A DNA stretch of 64,000 nt from Eledone cirrhosa (lineage: Eukaryota): positions 195,734,001-195,798,000 of the forward strand of contig OZ024743.1 in NCBI GenBank assembly GCA_964016885.1. The letters are read 5' to 3'. Positions 42,301-55,140 of this stretch are shown piece after piece (positions within the stretch are counted from its first letter, which is position 1; each line of letters starts with the position of its first letter). Made by a program: the position numbers and the translations under genes. The notes under the pieces are model-generated. The model ran no database searches. It was not told the DNA's origin and saw only the letters and a list, made by a program, of their open reading frames with translations.

Positions 42301-42543
42301 TGGCGAGATCCAAACCTCTCCGAAAAAGCACAGCAACTACTCCCCCGATGCAGGACGGCTGGGAGATGCGTACACATCGTAGCCGCCGAAGATCGGTGCG
42401 AAGGCCCGTGCTTCAGAGATTCTGGTCTCGCTGATGGCCACTACATCTAGGTTTAGTGACCTGAGGTCGTTGAGCAGTTGGCCCTTTTTCCATGACGACC
42501 CCAAGCCACGCGCATTTATGCTGCCTATTCTGAGTGAGGTCAT
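39366..42543 (-). pseudogene. Tx1 ORF2 (APE endonuclease-RT-zf-RVT), multiple frameshifts and a deletion near 40380
   Basis: INARGL, VAISETR, LVAVYAPT, VGDWN, SYLDRVF, TDHK, KSPGLDGL, FRPITLLN, AYADD, CPRC. Confidence 0.9.
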
Positions 42544-42577
42544 GTTGAAATGGATTGGAAAAGATGGGAAAGACAAC

Positions 42578-44216
42578 TTACCTTACTTCTCGTAGAGGAA
42601 GGATGGTTTCTCCATCCTTTTCACTTCTTGTTGCCTCCTTCGGAAGGATGTCCTTATAAATCCTCCTGGAGAGTGCTTCTCGGAAGTCTCCGATGTCTTT
42701 GGGGAATTTTTGTTTTAGTGTTGTGTACGTTTTCTGTGTGATGCGAGTGATTTGTATGTGTGGAGGTGCTGTGAACTTTTGGGTTGTTGTGTAGTCTTTT
42801 CCTGTGATGCTGGTGTTGTGTTGGATGTAGTGTAATAATTGGTTGTTGTTCAAATTTAATGCTGTGTAGTGTGTATCGTTTTGGTTGTTTTGTTTTGTTT
42901 TGTTTGCGTTTGTTTTGGGTTTGTTACTGTTTCGCTTTTTGGTGACTTTTGTAGTGTTGGTGATGGTGGTGTTGGGATTAATGATGGTGATGGTGTTGGT
43001 GTTTGTGGTGATGGGGTTGGTGATACTGGTGGGGATGGTGGCATATCTGTCCTAACTTTTTTCTTTAATAGTTTATTTGTTTCCCTCTGTATTTTGTTTT
43101 TGGAGGGGGAAGGAAGAGAATTTTTTTCTTTTTTGGTTTCTTCTTTTCTTTTTTCTTGATACCGTTTCCCACTCCTCGTCGTCACAATCTGTCTCCTGTT
43201 GCGATAGGCCGGGAAGTGGAAAATCCTCCACAGGCGTTGGTTTTGGTTGTGGCGTGGTGGATGGTGTAGGCGCTTGTGCTAGTTCTGGCGCTTTGGGTGG
43301 TGGTGGTGTTGGTGTTGCTACTGTTGCTGGGGTTGTTGCTGTTACAGTTACTTCTGCTGTTGCTGCTACAGTTGTTGCTGCCATCTCTGCTGCTGGTGGT
43401 GTTGATGGTTGAGTTACTGGGGTGGGTAAGAGAGGTGGCCTCAACCTTTTAGCCTGAGGGAAGAAAGCCCTTAGGTGGGTTCCTTCACCACAAACGATAC
43501 ACCTAGGCCTTCTGCCCTCGAGGATTACGGTGAGGTGGCTGCCGTCAGTGAGGTCTATTACCTCTGGGATAACCTCAATACTTTTTTGGTCCGCTTGGAT
43601 CAGGAGCTCCATCCCAGATCCGGACCAGTTCTCCTGCTTTTATTTCGCTATTTCGATTATCTTGGTGTTGGCTTCGATGCCGGCGAGGACGGCAGCTATT
43701 AGCCAGGGAATTTCGATGGCTGGTGGAACGTGGATCACCCTGATCTTCACGAGTCTCTGGACACAATAGCTTGGGACGAGTGTGAAGTTGTCACTTCTTA
43801 ATGGGGCCATGGAGTGTTCTCTGGCCTCCTCCATATTTCTGCCCACGTCTGATGTGGTGTTTTTTTTTGCCCAGACATGTCCCAAAGTTTTTGGATTTGG
43901 GACTCGGATGCCCGTTCCACTCGGTGCGATTTTATGTTAATCGTCCGATAAGACACGGTGCATAGGCGCCGATACTCCATTTTATGACCCTGTACCCATC
44001 TTTCTTTACCATTCTTTTGGCTTCTTCTAATTCCTCCTGAGTTACCTGGATCGCTTCGTACGTTTTTGCTACTCGGGCAAAAGACAGGGTTTTCTTGTTC
44101 TCATTGGTGCTGTTGTTGTTATCGTTATTTTTGTTATTGTTAATTTTAGTTTCCGTTGTGGTGGTGGTGACGTCAGTGGTGTTTGGTGTGGAAGAGTTCA
44201 TTTTGGTTGAATTCAT
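42578..44216 (-). pseudogene. Tx1 ORF1 (gag-like), frameshifted
   Basis: SFARVAK motif, RRM-like VKIRVIHVPPAI, zinc-knuckle-like RRPRCIVCGEGTHLRA, Pro/Thr-rich linker, WETVSRKKKRR; lies directly upstream of ORF2. Confidence 0.8.
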
Positions 44217-44691
44217 TTCGATATCACGAGATAATTTATTTTTTCTTTTGTTTCTGTTGTCGCTGTGGTGTTGGCGAGGGTGGCGGCTTCAACAACTGCA
44301 GTCATTGGTAATGGCGGGAAATGAATGTCTGCCTGAGACAAATTAAAAATATTGCTACTGCTTATATTTTTAGTGTTGGCAAACGTAGTAATATTTACCA
44401 TGGTGGTGTCGGTGTGAGGTGTTAGTTTGTGAGGAAGGAGTGACTTTGAGTCGCCATGATTTTTCAAAGAAAAATGTTTAGTTTGATAATTATAAAAGTA
44501 TAAATTTTGGGGGGTTCAAGGCCCCAATCTTTTTGAGTGTCCTTTTCAGAAAACAATGTATGTGGACTTATATACAGTTAACAATAAAAATTTTCCATAA
44601 ATGGCAATTTTAAACAACTGAAATTAACAAACCTTTGCGGAGCTCACGATAATACTATTTACTACGTAGGTCGCCAATAATAATAATAATC

Positions 44692-44750
<59 letters not shown>

Positions 44751-44754
<4 letters not shown>

Positions 44755-44921
44755 TTGCCCCAAGGCCAGCAATCCCAGTGCATTACTGTTACTTTATTTT
44801 ATCGACCCTGTAAGGAGGAAAGGCAAAGTTAACCTCCGCGGGATTTGAACTCAGACTGTAAAGGGGCGTAACTATGTGCTGCAGAGCATGGTTCCGACCC
44901 TCCACCGAACTGCAAATCCAC
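44751..44921 (-). mobile_element. tRNA-derived SINE, ATT-tailed family
   Basis: Homologous to 38881-39066; (AAT)n on both sides. Confidence 0.85.
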
Positions 44922-45952
44922 AATAATAATAACAGCAATAACAATAATAACAATAAAGAAACTGAATAATAAACTTTATATAAATGTTTCAAAAGTGTAC
45001 CAGCATGGTTTCAATTTATATCTTGTGATTCGTAATTAGATTTTGAATCGAAGCCATTGGAATGTTAAGATGACTACTCTTTGTAAGTGTGCAATGATAC
45101 GAAAATATCGTTGTCAGTTCGACCTAATTATTCCGAAGTTGTATCATTCCTATCTAAACTGGAAGCAGAGCACTTAGAAGATTGCAAATCACTTCAATGT
45201 TAGCATTACATTTTTCCTCCCTAATTTCCCTTCCTCTTCTTATTAAACATAGATCATTTTTTCTTTATTTTATACTACAAATAGACAATATTTCGTTTTA
45301 GGTTCTTGACTGGAGGGTTCTATTACAAAGAATAGATTCTTTCTAATACGTTGAGCTATCGATTTATTGTGCGTCGCTTAAACTGAATTTATCCTCGGTG
45401 GCTGAAAGGTTATTCAGAGAGCAGCACCTTCAATATATAATTGAGCAGATATTGTTTAATCTTACAATGATCTATCTCCCCATGACCTACTGCGCTCGTA
45501 TTTCAATCAACTCTTAAACTTTACATTAACCATCTTTGATAATAGTGATACCGTATTGGCAACTTGCTTGATAATGTTTAATTATTACTGTTTTCTATTC
45601 AGCATAAATTCAATTGTAAATATATTTATAAGAATGACTAACGAGAGTTAAATCATTGACAAAACCCTTAGTCAGCAGTTTTGTGATAAGTGTTTTCAAT
45701 TGTATTGTTGTGAATCCACGAGGTCACTGCTGGCACATTGAATGAACAAAGCAACGGAACTACCACAGGCATAACTTTTAGCTGATGAGTTATGCCATTC
45801 AATTCTTACGTATATGTAAGCGCGTTTAGAAATACACACTAATGTAATTACTTAATTCAACTACTTAATCTTTATGTTAGCTTTAACTACCACCACAAGC
45901 ATGAACAACAACAACAATACAGCTACTACGTTTACTACCACCATTATTACTA

Positions 45953-46050
45953 TTAACTTTGCCTTTCATCCTTACGGGGTCGATAAAATAAAGTACCAGA
46001 AATGTACTGGGTATTTGCTGGCCTTGTGCCAAAAGTAGAAACAATTATTA
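45953..46050 (+). mobile_element. 5'-truncated ATT-tailed SINE
   Basis: GCCTTTCATCCTTACGGGGTCGATAAAATAAAGTACC...GGCCTTGTGCCAAAAGTAGAAACAATTATTA. Confidence 0.8.
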
Positions 46051-46779
46051 CTATTGCTGCTGCTACTGTTTTTACTACTACTACTACTATATTAATATCT
46101 AACCGTTTCATATTTGTGCTACTCGTGGTAGTGGTGATAGTAGTTATGTTGCTTGTAAACTACTCACCACATGAAGGAATGTCTATATCTCAATTAAGAA
46201 AGCTAATTGGGTACAGCGACTTGATAATGTTGTTGTACCCAATTTTGATGTTAGTAAAAATTTGATATTTTTATCTACTTTTATTGTCTAGTTAGCAATT
46301 TCTATTGTATTGTTTCTCCTCATTTGGATTTTGTCCCGCGTATCTTCTTCCTAGTTGCATTTATTTTCTGATGCATTCTTTTTCATTCATTGATTCTTTC
46401 ATTTTTCTAAAAGTCCAATACTTCAATGTGCTTAGTAATATTGTAAGTATATAAAGTAATTTAGCAAAAGAAAATGACGCATTTTTTCTGCAACTTTATC
46501 AGAAGTTATTTGAGAGTCGTAGCTAGTCAGCAGTTTGTATGTCTGTACTAGTATCGCTCCCTATAATACCAAGGAAATTTACTCTAAGTTAAGTAGATAT
46601 ATTGGATACAATTATAGGAAGTGTTTATCTTATTTTAAGTCTTATTGTAAATCCAAGTCATAATAGCATCCATGCCAAGACATAAACTCCATTTTCAGAC
46701 AATATAGGCCAGGCAAGTATGACGATAGTCAAGTTAAGCTTAACATATTTATTGCTAAAACAAAATATTGGCTGTATCA

Positions 46780-46945
46780 CATGGAGTTACGGCCCTTTAC
46801 GATATGAGTCCAAATCCGGCCGAGGATAGCTTTGCCTTTCATCCTTACGGTGTCGTTAAATAAAAACGCATTAGGGTTCGATTTAATCGGCATTCCCCTC
46901 CCCAAAAATGGTTGGCCTTGTGCCTAAATCTGAAACTAATATTAG
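46780..46945 (+). mobile_element. ATT-tailed SINE (longer subfamily)
   Basis: Same core and 3' end, plus a GGTTCGATTTAATCGG segment. Confidence 0.7.
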
Positions 46946-47269
46946 AATTTACTAAATATTATTGTCAATCTTTCGGTAAGAACGGGAGACAACAATGGAA
47001 ATAATTCAGTCTTAGATCTCATTAAAGCATAAACGTTTTACTACTTAATGAACTATTGGTGAAATTGTTACTCAATGAATGAACAAAAATATAGAAATCC
47101 TCTGAAAATAAATTACATTTTATAATGCTATTTGAAAATATGTTAGAGTTAGTATATCTATTTTTTTAAATCATTTTTAACATGTTGGCGAAAATGTAAA
47201 AGAATCCACAACTAAGGGATTGCTACAGTAGAAAGTTGCACATTGAAATATGAATATTTCAAATGAGCG

Positions 47270-47629
47270 AAGATATGGCTTAAATGTCTACAACAGAAAG
47301 GAATCCGTTGAAGGTATACCCCTCCATTTCTGGCGCCTTTCCCTTTCTCTTCACACTGAACATCAACTCTCTCTCTACACCTTCATCCTTCACGATGACG
47401 GCCTCCGCGTAATCCGACACTTTTGGGGCTTACGCCCTTCACACTACCCTAGCACTCCAACTCTGCGCCTTACTGAACTCGTTCTCACTATCAATGGCTT
47501 TTCTTTTCCGGGGAGTCATACCAATAGAACTCTGGAGTAACTACGAGAACAAGAACCTAACTCTGAGCTATATGGGCATTCTATCGACGATTGTTTTAGC
47601 ACCACCTCTATTTCTCTCTCCCTCTCCCT

Positions 47630-47693
<64 letters not shown>

Positions 47694-47990
47694 CCGTGGA
47701 CAGCTCGACTCATTTCTTTCCTTCGTCCAATCTTTCCATCCTACCCTCACCAGCACCACCTCCATCTCCAACTTTCAATATATCTCCCTCTTCTATCAAC
47801 CACACTCACCACACACAATCTACTTCCATCTTCAATATCCGCAATGACTCCCACTCCTAACACTACTTCACCTCGCCCAACACTAATCTTTCATTACCTT
47901 ATTCCCAATGCCTGTAACCAGATCCGTGCCGTGATTTCGATACGACACATTGTCTCCCGCTTCATCCAGCGTTGACATCCTCACCTCATC
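47270..47990 (+). mobile_element. Degenerate Penelope-like RT remnant (non-Naiad) interrupted by (TC)n
   Basis: LRLTELVLTINGFSF, LDSFLSFVQSFHP and LPYSQ motifs resemble PLE RT and thumb regions. Confidence 0.55.
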
Positions 47991-48384
47991 CACACATCCT
48001 TACAGCTTTGTACAGACCAACAACAAACATTCTGGCACCTCTACACATACACTCACATCTCTGGACATACCAATAGCTAACACGTAAACACACACACACA
48101 TGGATCTCGGACTTGCAGGCACCACCGGAATTGCACTTTTTGTGCGCTGAATTTTCCAGGATAGGAACTGAACGTGTGCTTGGTGCATGTGAACAATGGA
48201 GGCAGGGCACACCCGTGAAATGGGGCGACCCGGTGGTTTACTGAACACCTGAAGAACCGTCCAATGGGCCCACTCTGCATGCACAATTTTAGCATCTATT
48301 TGAACGAACACATCCATGTAGTATTTCCCACGTATATACTTCGGAACAGTACATAACATAGTATACAATGTAAAACGCACGCAT

Positions 48385-48700
48385 CAGTATGGGTCGCTTT
48401 CCGACAGGTTTGCGGTCGTGCTCTTAGCAGTGGAGACTTCTGGTGTTCTTGGCCCTAGGGCTACCTCCCTACTTACCACCATAGGTGCTGAGCGGGCCAG
48501 CCGCAGGTGTGAGCCTCGCGAGATAGAATGGCTCTTCCAGCGCATCTACCTTACCATCCTCTGAGGAAACGCCTTGTCCATTCTGTCCACTGGTGCTGCT
48601 GGGCGGCCAGCACGTGGGACCCCATTTGCTCAAAATACAAAGAGATGGGTAAAACGAGAGAGATGGAGGCAATGACAGTGGGAGTTTGGTTCTTCCGTGT
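48385..48700 (+). mobile_element. CRE-like RLE 3' fragment
   Basis: QYGSLSDRFAVVLLAVETSGVLGPRAT..EWLFQR; 3' UTR homologous to 8400-8490. Confidence 0.8.
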
Positions 48701-49262
48701 TCGGACACATTTGTCAAACTGGTTTTTATGAAACAATTGTACCATAAAACAGGCCTCTGACCACTAGAAAAGTAAATACACTGTGCATGCACAAAGTAAC
48801 ATTTATGTGAACGCACACATGCATCGGGACTTCACCATGTAGCTATCACGAAACAGTACATAACATCTTACACATTGTCAAACGTACACCTAGGTAAACT
48901 TATGTAACATATTCCAGGATTTAGAAATATAATTTTCCATGGTCCACTATCTCATCTCTGGGGAGAATATATAAACCATCCACCTATTCTATTTAAATAA
49001 TCTTAACTTTCACTACTCTTGTCGCATCCGCAACTGGTCCATCTATATATTATATTCGGTTGAAAAGTATCATGATTTACTTATGCCACGATAGTATGTC
49101 CATATGATATGTTTTACAAATATGCGTGTCTGTGTGGTTGAATGTGTACACTTGCATGCGTGTATGTATAAATATTTGGTCTACGGTTCTTATATATTTG
49201 ATATATATTTATCCTTATCGAGCCCTCTTTGGATTTTAGTCTTCAAATTTATTATTATTACT

Positions 49263-49316
<54 letters not shown>

Positions 49317-49877
49317 TTCAAGAGTAACCAATCTTAATGAGGGAGAGCGAGATAGGAGAGGATAAGAGAGATTGGTGAATTAGTTAGAACCCAAAAGCGT
49401 AAAGGCATGTGCTCAATGTGCAATATGCAGTGGAAGACAGCTAGGTGGCTGGGTTCATGCAGAGGTTAGGTGCACGGAACTGGAAATGTTCATTAGTTAA
49501 GCAAAACAAGACCACAAATTTCACAAGGAAGAGATTATTTAAAGATCGTCAACATAGTTGTAGTTTAATGTAAGGATATGTAAAGAATAATAATAATAAT
49601 AATACTAATAATTTATCCAAGGATAAATATATATCAAATATATAAGAACCCAAGGGCAAATATTTATGAAAATAACAGCTTAAAGTGTAAGCAAAGAATT
49701 GCTGCTTTCACGCTTAACGGGGTCTTCTGAAACTAAAAAATCAATCTGTGAACGCAGAATTAAATATTTAAGAATTAACCGAAGGAAAACAGGAAGACGA
49801 TACTTTGGTTCGTTGGGACATTCCCTTGCAATGAACGGAAAAAAAGCGAAGATAATACGTCATTATTTGGAGCGGAG

Positions 49878-50456
49878 AACAATTACACGCAAAGGCAAAA
49901 CCACGTTTATGGTATGAATGAAGTCGTAGACTAAAATTCTATTTAGGAAACCGAATGATTCTCGGCTTCAGAGTTAAGAATAATTGTTTCTACTTTTGGC
50001 ACAATGGCAGCAAATTACCCAGTGTATAACTGGTACTTTATTCTATCGACCCCGCAAGGATGAAAGGCAAAGTTAACCTCGGCGGGATTTTAAATCTGAA
50101 CATAAAGGGCCGTAACTCTATGCTGCAAAGCATGGTGTCCGACCCTCTACTGGTACTGCCAATCCACCGCCCTCATAAATTACGTTTAGCGAACATATGT
50201 ATATTTACCTGTAGGTATGTGTGTACGTGCTTGTATATGCATACCCATGGCGGGTGTTTTCGAGTATGCATGTGTATGTACGTATATGGATGCGTGCATG
50301 TATATATTTAATTATTGTTGATTTCAATAACCTCTGTAATTTATTTACATTATTCTTAACTCTGAAGCCGAGAATCATTCGGTTTCCTAAATAGAATATT
50401 AGTCTACGACTTCATTCACACCATAAACGTGGTTTTGTCTTTGCGTGTAATTGTCT
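49878..50456. repeat. Inverted repeat (~105-bp arms, 49878-49983 / 50351-50456) with a SINE in the spacer
   Basis: AATTACACGCAAAGGCAAAACCACG... is the reverse complement of ...CGTGGTTTTGTCTTTGCGTGTAATT. Confidence 0.85.
49980..50170 (-). mobile_element. ATT-tailed tRNA-derived SINE
   Basis: Homologous to 38881-39066. Confidence 0.85.
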
Positions 50457-50483
50457 CATAAGTATATATATATATATAGAGAG

Positions 50484-50840
50484 AGAAAAAGATGAAATCG
50501 AAAATGCAACTGGAGTCTTATTTTTTTTTAAATATATATATTTATTTGGTTCCTTTACGGTTTCGCAGTTCTTCTGCTTTTCAAAAGTAGAGTTGAGATG
50601 GAGGATCTGTGGTTTTTCTCACTTCAGATGTGAGAAAAACCACAGAAACTCCGTCTCAACTCTACTTTTGAAAAGCAGAAGAACTGCGAAACCGGTAAAG
50701 GAACCAAATAGATATATATATATTTTTTTAAATAAGACTCCAGTTGCATTTTCGATTTCATCTTTTTTTCTTTATACTTTCACTCGTGTAGGACACCTCG
50801 GTTATTTTTCATTTTGTAAAAAAAACCACACTTTCTAATA
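50484..50840. mobile_element. Foldback of hammerhead-bearing family B (inverted arm 50484-50622, ~7-nt spacer, direct copy 50630-50840)
   Basis: Palindrome centre GGTTTTTCTCAC TTCAGAT GTGAGAAAAACC. Hammerhead-like motifs at 50552-50587 (-) and 50665-50701 (+). (TA)n flanks. Confidence 0.85.
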
Positions 50841-50900
50841 TATATATATACATATATATACGATATTAACAAATGGAAACTATATTTATAAAACCATATT

Positions 50901-50965
50901 TATTTCATTATACATATTTCAAGGACACCAAGTTAAATTATGGTGTGCTTTCATCAGATAAAATA
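50901..50965 (-). ncRNA. Minimal type I hammerhead ribozyme (family A)
   Basis: On minus: TATTTTAT-CTGATGA-AAGC ACACCA..TGGTGT CCTT-GAAA-TATGTA-TA-ATGAAATA. Confidence 0.8.
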
Positions 50966-51120
50966 TAATATAAAGCAGTTTTATAAATAAATATTGACAT
51001 ACCCTTAAAGAATGCAACCATTACTGTTGGAAGCTCCCGGATAGTGGAATTATATCTTTAATTATACTATTAGGTAAGTTAGTATTGGATATTTTTAAAT
51101 AATCCGTTGGGTTACAGAGA

Positions 51121-51151
<31 letters not shown>

Positions 51152-52404
51152 CAGAACAACAGAGAGAAAAAAAGAGAGAAGAAGGATAAAGAGACAGGAG
51201 AGAGAGCGAAAACGCTAAGTCATTAGAAATGTTAATAATGAATGGAATATATATATATAATATGAGAAATTTAACCATTGTTTAAATATGATTAAGTGTT
51301 TAGTTAATCAGTTAAAATATTGAGATCAATACATTATAATTGAGATCTATATATTAAGAAATCTATATATTATTATTAAGACTATATTATTAAAAATCTA
51401 TATATTATATAACACATATACACACGCAAAACTACATACATATAAATATATATACACACGTATAAAAATATATATACATATCTAACTACGTATACAATAT
51501 ATACATACAAAATATAAAGGATTTTTTAATTTAAGATATAGGAATCTTATAAAATCAGCGTGAAGGAAAATTACGTTATTTAGTTATATAAATGTTACAA
51601 TTGTTAAGATATTGAAGGAAATGTTATGTTATACACACTTTATGTTATTAAACAAATGTTTTTATATAAGTTTTATAAGATTACCTGTTATGTAGTTATG
51701 ACTATTATTATATGTTTATTTGTCACGAATCTTTGGGATAATCCCTATAAATAAGTGAAATCGAATTGTATGCATATACACATATATATACATACACAAT
51801 TCCCACATATACATACATATATGTACCCACACAAATAGGTAGATATGCATCACATATATACATACATATAGATAGACACACACGCATAAAACACATGTAC
51901 ATGTATATCAATACACACATACATATATATATACACACATATAGAGAGAGAAGTATATATAAATACAGTACATAGTGTAATTGAAGTACCTAAAATACAA
52001 AAGAATTATATTACGATTTGGAAATATAATTATAAGCAATATAACTTTAAAACAATATAACTTTAAAAAATTATAGAATATTTCAAGTTATAGATTCAAA
52101 ATAATAATATGTTTAATAAATTTAGTATAAAAATTTTCTACGTATATTTAACTTAATTTTATATCCATAAGAGAAAGAAAAAGAAACTTTCAAAAGATAA
52201 ACTTTCGAAAATAGGAGAAACTATCAAAAAATATGTTCCCCCTTTAAGAGCTTTCAGTATATTTCTCTAGAAGAGTTTATTATATTTATTTATATTTAGG
52301 AAGAAAAGTTTTTTTTTACTTGAGTGTATAAGCAGTCAAAAAATGAAGGAATCTAATGATTTATCGATAGGTTCAATATATTAATAGAATTAATTAATTA
52401 TATA

Positions 52405-54120
52405 TTACATTTTAAATTTATATTTAAACGTGGAGTTCAATCTATGTCTACAGCAACTGAATAAATTGTTCCTTAAGTTCAGGGAATTTTTGGTCTTTAA
52501 TATAAAGAATATTTCCTCTATACAAAGATCACAATTTTTTGAAGAGGAGTTAAAAGGAGTAGCTTATGAAATAATATTCCATATCAACGAATATTCAACG
52601 TTCTTTAGTTTGAGGTCCCATAATAAGCTAGATAGAGAAGTTGAAGATTTTTTGTTTGGATCTGTAAAAGAATTTTTATGATTATTGAAGTGGAATTTAA
52701 ACTCTGTGGATGTGGATCCCACATAATTAAATGAATTTAAATTAGTTTTTACATTACAATTATATACTATATTTTTAGCTAAGAAATGTTTATTTAACGG
52801 ACAGTTAGATTTATTTCTACAGTTACATTTATCAAATTGGATATTGCTTGGGGTATTAGTGGTATTTTAGTTAGGTTTTAAATTTCTATTATTAATTCTA
52901 TTAATATTTTGCGCTAAGTTTTTGGTGGAAGAATAAGTTAATTTTATAGTATGTCTATTAAAGATTGAATAATATCTATGTGTTCTAGGGAAGCATTTGT
53001 CAAGAGCTTTAAAAATAGTTTAGCAATAGGGGTTTTAATATTTAATGAGAAATGAGGAGCAAACCATAATATGTTCCTAGTTCTATTTCTTTTTTTGTTT
53101 TCGGAATTAATGTAAGGTTTTCTATTATAGCTGTTAAAATTGTTAAAATAGTTAAGATTGTTACGATTATGGTTAGTTGTTATAATATTATTATCAATGT
53201 ATTTAATTTTATTTCTATACCTAGCTCTACCTAACGCTTTGTTGTAATAATGTGCTTTTTCATCAAATATATTCTTATTAGCTGAAATTCTCGAAATTCG
53301 TTCCTGTACAGAGTTCACTATAGTACTTTTAACGGATCTGGGGTGATTAGAGTTAACATTGACGTAGTTTAAGTTCTCATTTAGTTTGTGAAATGGATAA
53401 TGAAGACATGTGTTAAGGTTTCGTGTTACATCTAGAAAGTTAACTATTTTATGGTTATTCTCTATTTCTACTTTTAGATTAAGGTAATTAAAAAATTGTA
53501 TAATTTCTTTTCTTTTTCTATTTAGTTCACAGTTATTATTTTCTATAAGTAAAAGCATGTCGTCACGATATAAACCTCCGGTTATCTCAGGTATTTTCCT
53601 ATGTAGAGAATTATTTATAAAGAGGCCCACAAGATCCGTTACCTGAGCGGAATCGGATGATCCCATAGTTATATCGAAGTTATTATTTCTATCTGTCCTA
53701 GTCCAGAGTTGGTTATTAAATTCTATTAATGTTATCCGTGCCCATAATATAATGTGCATTTCATTGCTAGTTAAGTCTGTAAGTTTAAATGCGTAAGTTA
53801 GTGCTTCATTCAGTAGATTAGGAGTGATAGATGAGTAATAGTTAGCAATATCCAACTGAATAAACTTATTATTATAGTTATATTTAATTTTCTTAAACCA
53901 ATCGATAACTTCACTAGTTCCTTTCCATAATTTTAAATAAGATACATTCTTAATTTGTGGTATTATTCTGTCTAAAATATTTTTGCTAAGTCTGCCAAGG
54001 TCCGATTTAGATGGTGCAATTAATCTGACCGGTAAATCAGTTTCAAAGTTCCTTTTGTGATCCTTCATATTAATATAAGGTTTCCTTGGCATGAAGGGTT
54101 CTGTCTTATTTTCAAAATAT
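52405..54120 (-). pseudogene. PLE reverse transcriptase + GIY-YIG endonuclease (one frameshift near 53000, one stop)
   Basis: KDHKRNF..RLIAPSKSDLG, FIQLDIANYYSSI, FDITMGSSDSAQVTDLVGL, GLYRDD, VNFLDVT, SNHP; second frame CNCRNKSNCPL..NIVY..YVGST..F..HKNSF..CDLCIEE..LNLR..CCRH. Confidence 0.9.
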
Positions 54121-54123
54121 ATA

Positions 54124-54232
54124 TAATTGTTTGTACTTTTGGCACAAGGCCACCAATTATCCCAGTGTATTACTGGCACTTTATTCTATCGACGCCGTAA
54201 GGGTGAAGGGCAAAGTTAAACTCGGTGGGATT
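54124..54232 (-). mobile_element. 5'-truncated ATT-tailed SINE
   Basis: Homologous to 49980-50090. Confidence 0.8.
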
Positions 54233-54270
54233 ATATTAATAAATGGAAAATATGTTTATAAAATCATATT

Positions 54271-54331
54271 TATTTTATTATACATATTTCAAGGGTACCA
54301 ATATTTTGGTACGCTTTCGTCAGATAAAACA
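54271..54331 (-). ncRNA. Minimal type I hammerhead ribozyme (family A)
   Basis: On minus: TTTTAT-CTGACGA-AAGC GTACCA..TGGTAC CCTT-GAAA-TATGTA-TA-ATAAAA. Confidence 0.82.
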
Positions 54332-54711
54332 CAATATTTGGTTTAAAGATAGTGACTTATCAATATATGAAGTTAATGTTATGAGCTCATATATATATAT
54401 TAAAATAACAGATTAAAGTTTAAGTAAATAATCTGTTACTTTAATAAATATTTGCTCTAAGGTTCTATTTATCCTCTTTGGATTTAAGTCTTCAAATTTA
54501 TTATTATTTCTATATATTTCTATATATATATATATGTATACAGACGCGCAGTAGCATGTATATACATGCACATATATACATATATATATGTACGTATGGG
54601 TTTACCGAACATTTATTATAATGTTCGGTTTGTTTGTAAACAAACAGCTCGAATTAAGCCGTACAGTGTTCGGCAACCATCGTTGCCCTTTTGTTCAGCA
54701 CTGACAAAGGA

Positions 54712-54754
54712 ACGATGAACTTGTTTCTAGCTTATTAGCTGTCATCCGCACCGT
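54712..54754 (-). ncRNA. Type I hammerhead motif (family C), inverted copy
   Basis: On minus: ACGGTG-CGGATGA-CAGCTAATAAGCTA-GAA-ACAAGT-T-CATCGT. Confidence 0.6.
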
Positions 54755-55140
54755 ATACCTTCCTGTCAATCGATTGAACGTTTGAAAGTATATACTTTCC
54801 TTATGCATATTAACGGCTGAGCAGCCAAATTTGCATATCGAACATTGTAATAAATGTTCGGTAAACCCATACGTAAATATATATATGTATATGTGTGCAT
54901 GTATGTATGTATATACATACTACTCTGCGTCTGTATACATATATGTATGTACGTATACATACTTATATTTAAGTATCAGCCGTACTAAGAGTGAGAAATG
55001 AAACTTCACTTTTTCCATTTAAACTTTTCGGTACGCCCGGCCGACTAACTCACTCGATATGCAAATTAGGCTGCTCAGCCGTTAATATGCATAAGGAAAG
55101 TATATACTTTCAAACGTTCAATCGATTGACAGGAAGGTAT

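Larger units (their letters stand above)
39115..44675 (-). mobile_element. Near full-length (~5.6 kb) Tx1-clade LINE flanked on both sides by (AAT)n
   Basis: 5' UTR, ORF1 remnants, ORF2 from MTSLRIGSINARGLG (APE EN) through RT to zf-RVT; 3' UTR matches 2770-3018; (AAT)n at 39068-39114 and 44676-44750. Confidence 0.95.
50862..54340 (-). mobile_element. Penelope-like element (Naiad-type), 5'-truncated, bracketed by hammerhead-containing pLTR-like repeats
   Basis: RT + GIY-YIG ORF on the minus strand; homologous repeats at 50862-51000 and 54233-54340. Confidence 0.8.

Noticed and set aside
52405-52860. Selenocysteine recoding in the Naiad-like endonuclease (reported for some Naiads)
   Set aside because: Conserved Cys positions read TGT/TGC (one is TTC) and the single in-frame stop is TAA, not TGA.
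54121-54179. N-terminus of the 411-aa PLE ORF
   Set aside because: Derived from the adjacent SINE; the RT is truncated here.
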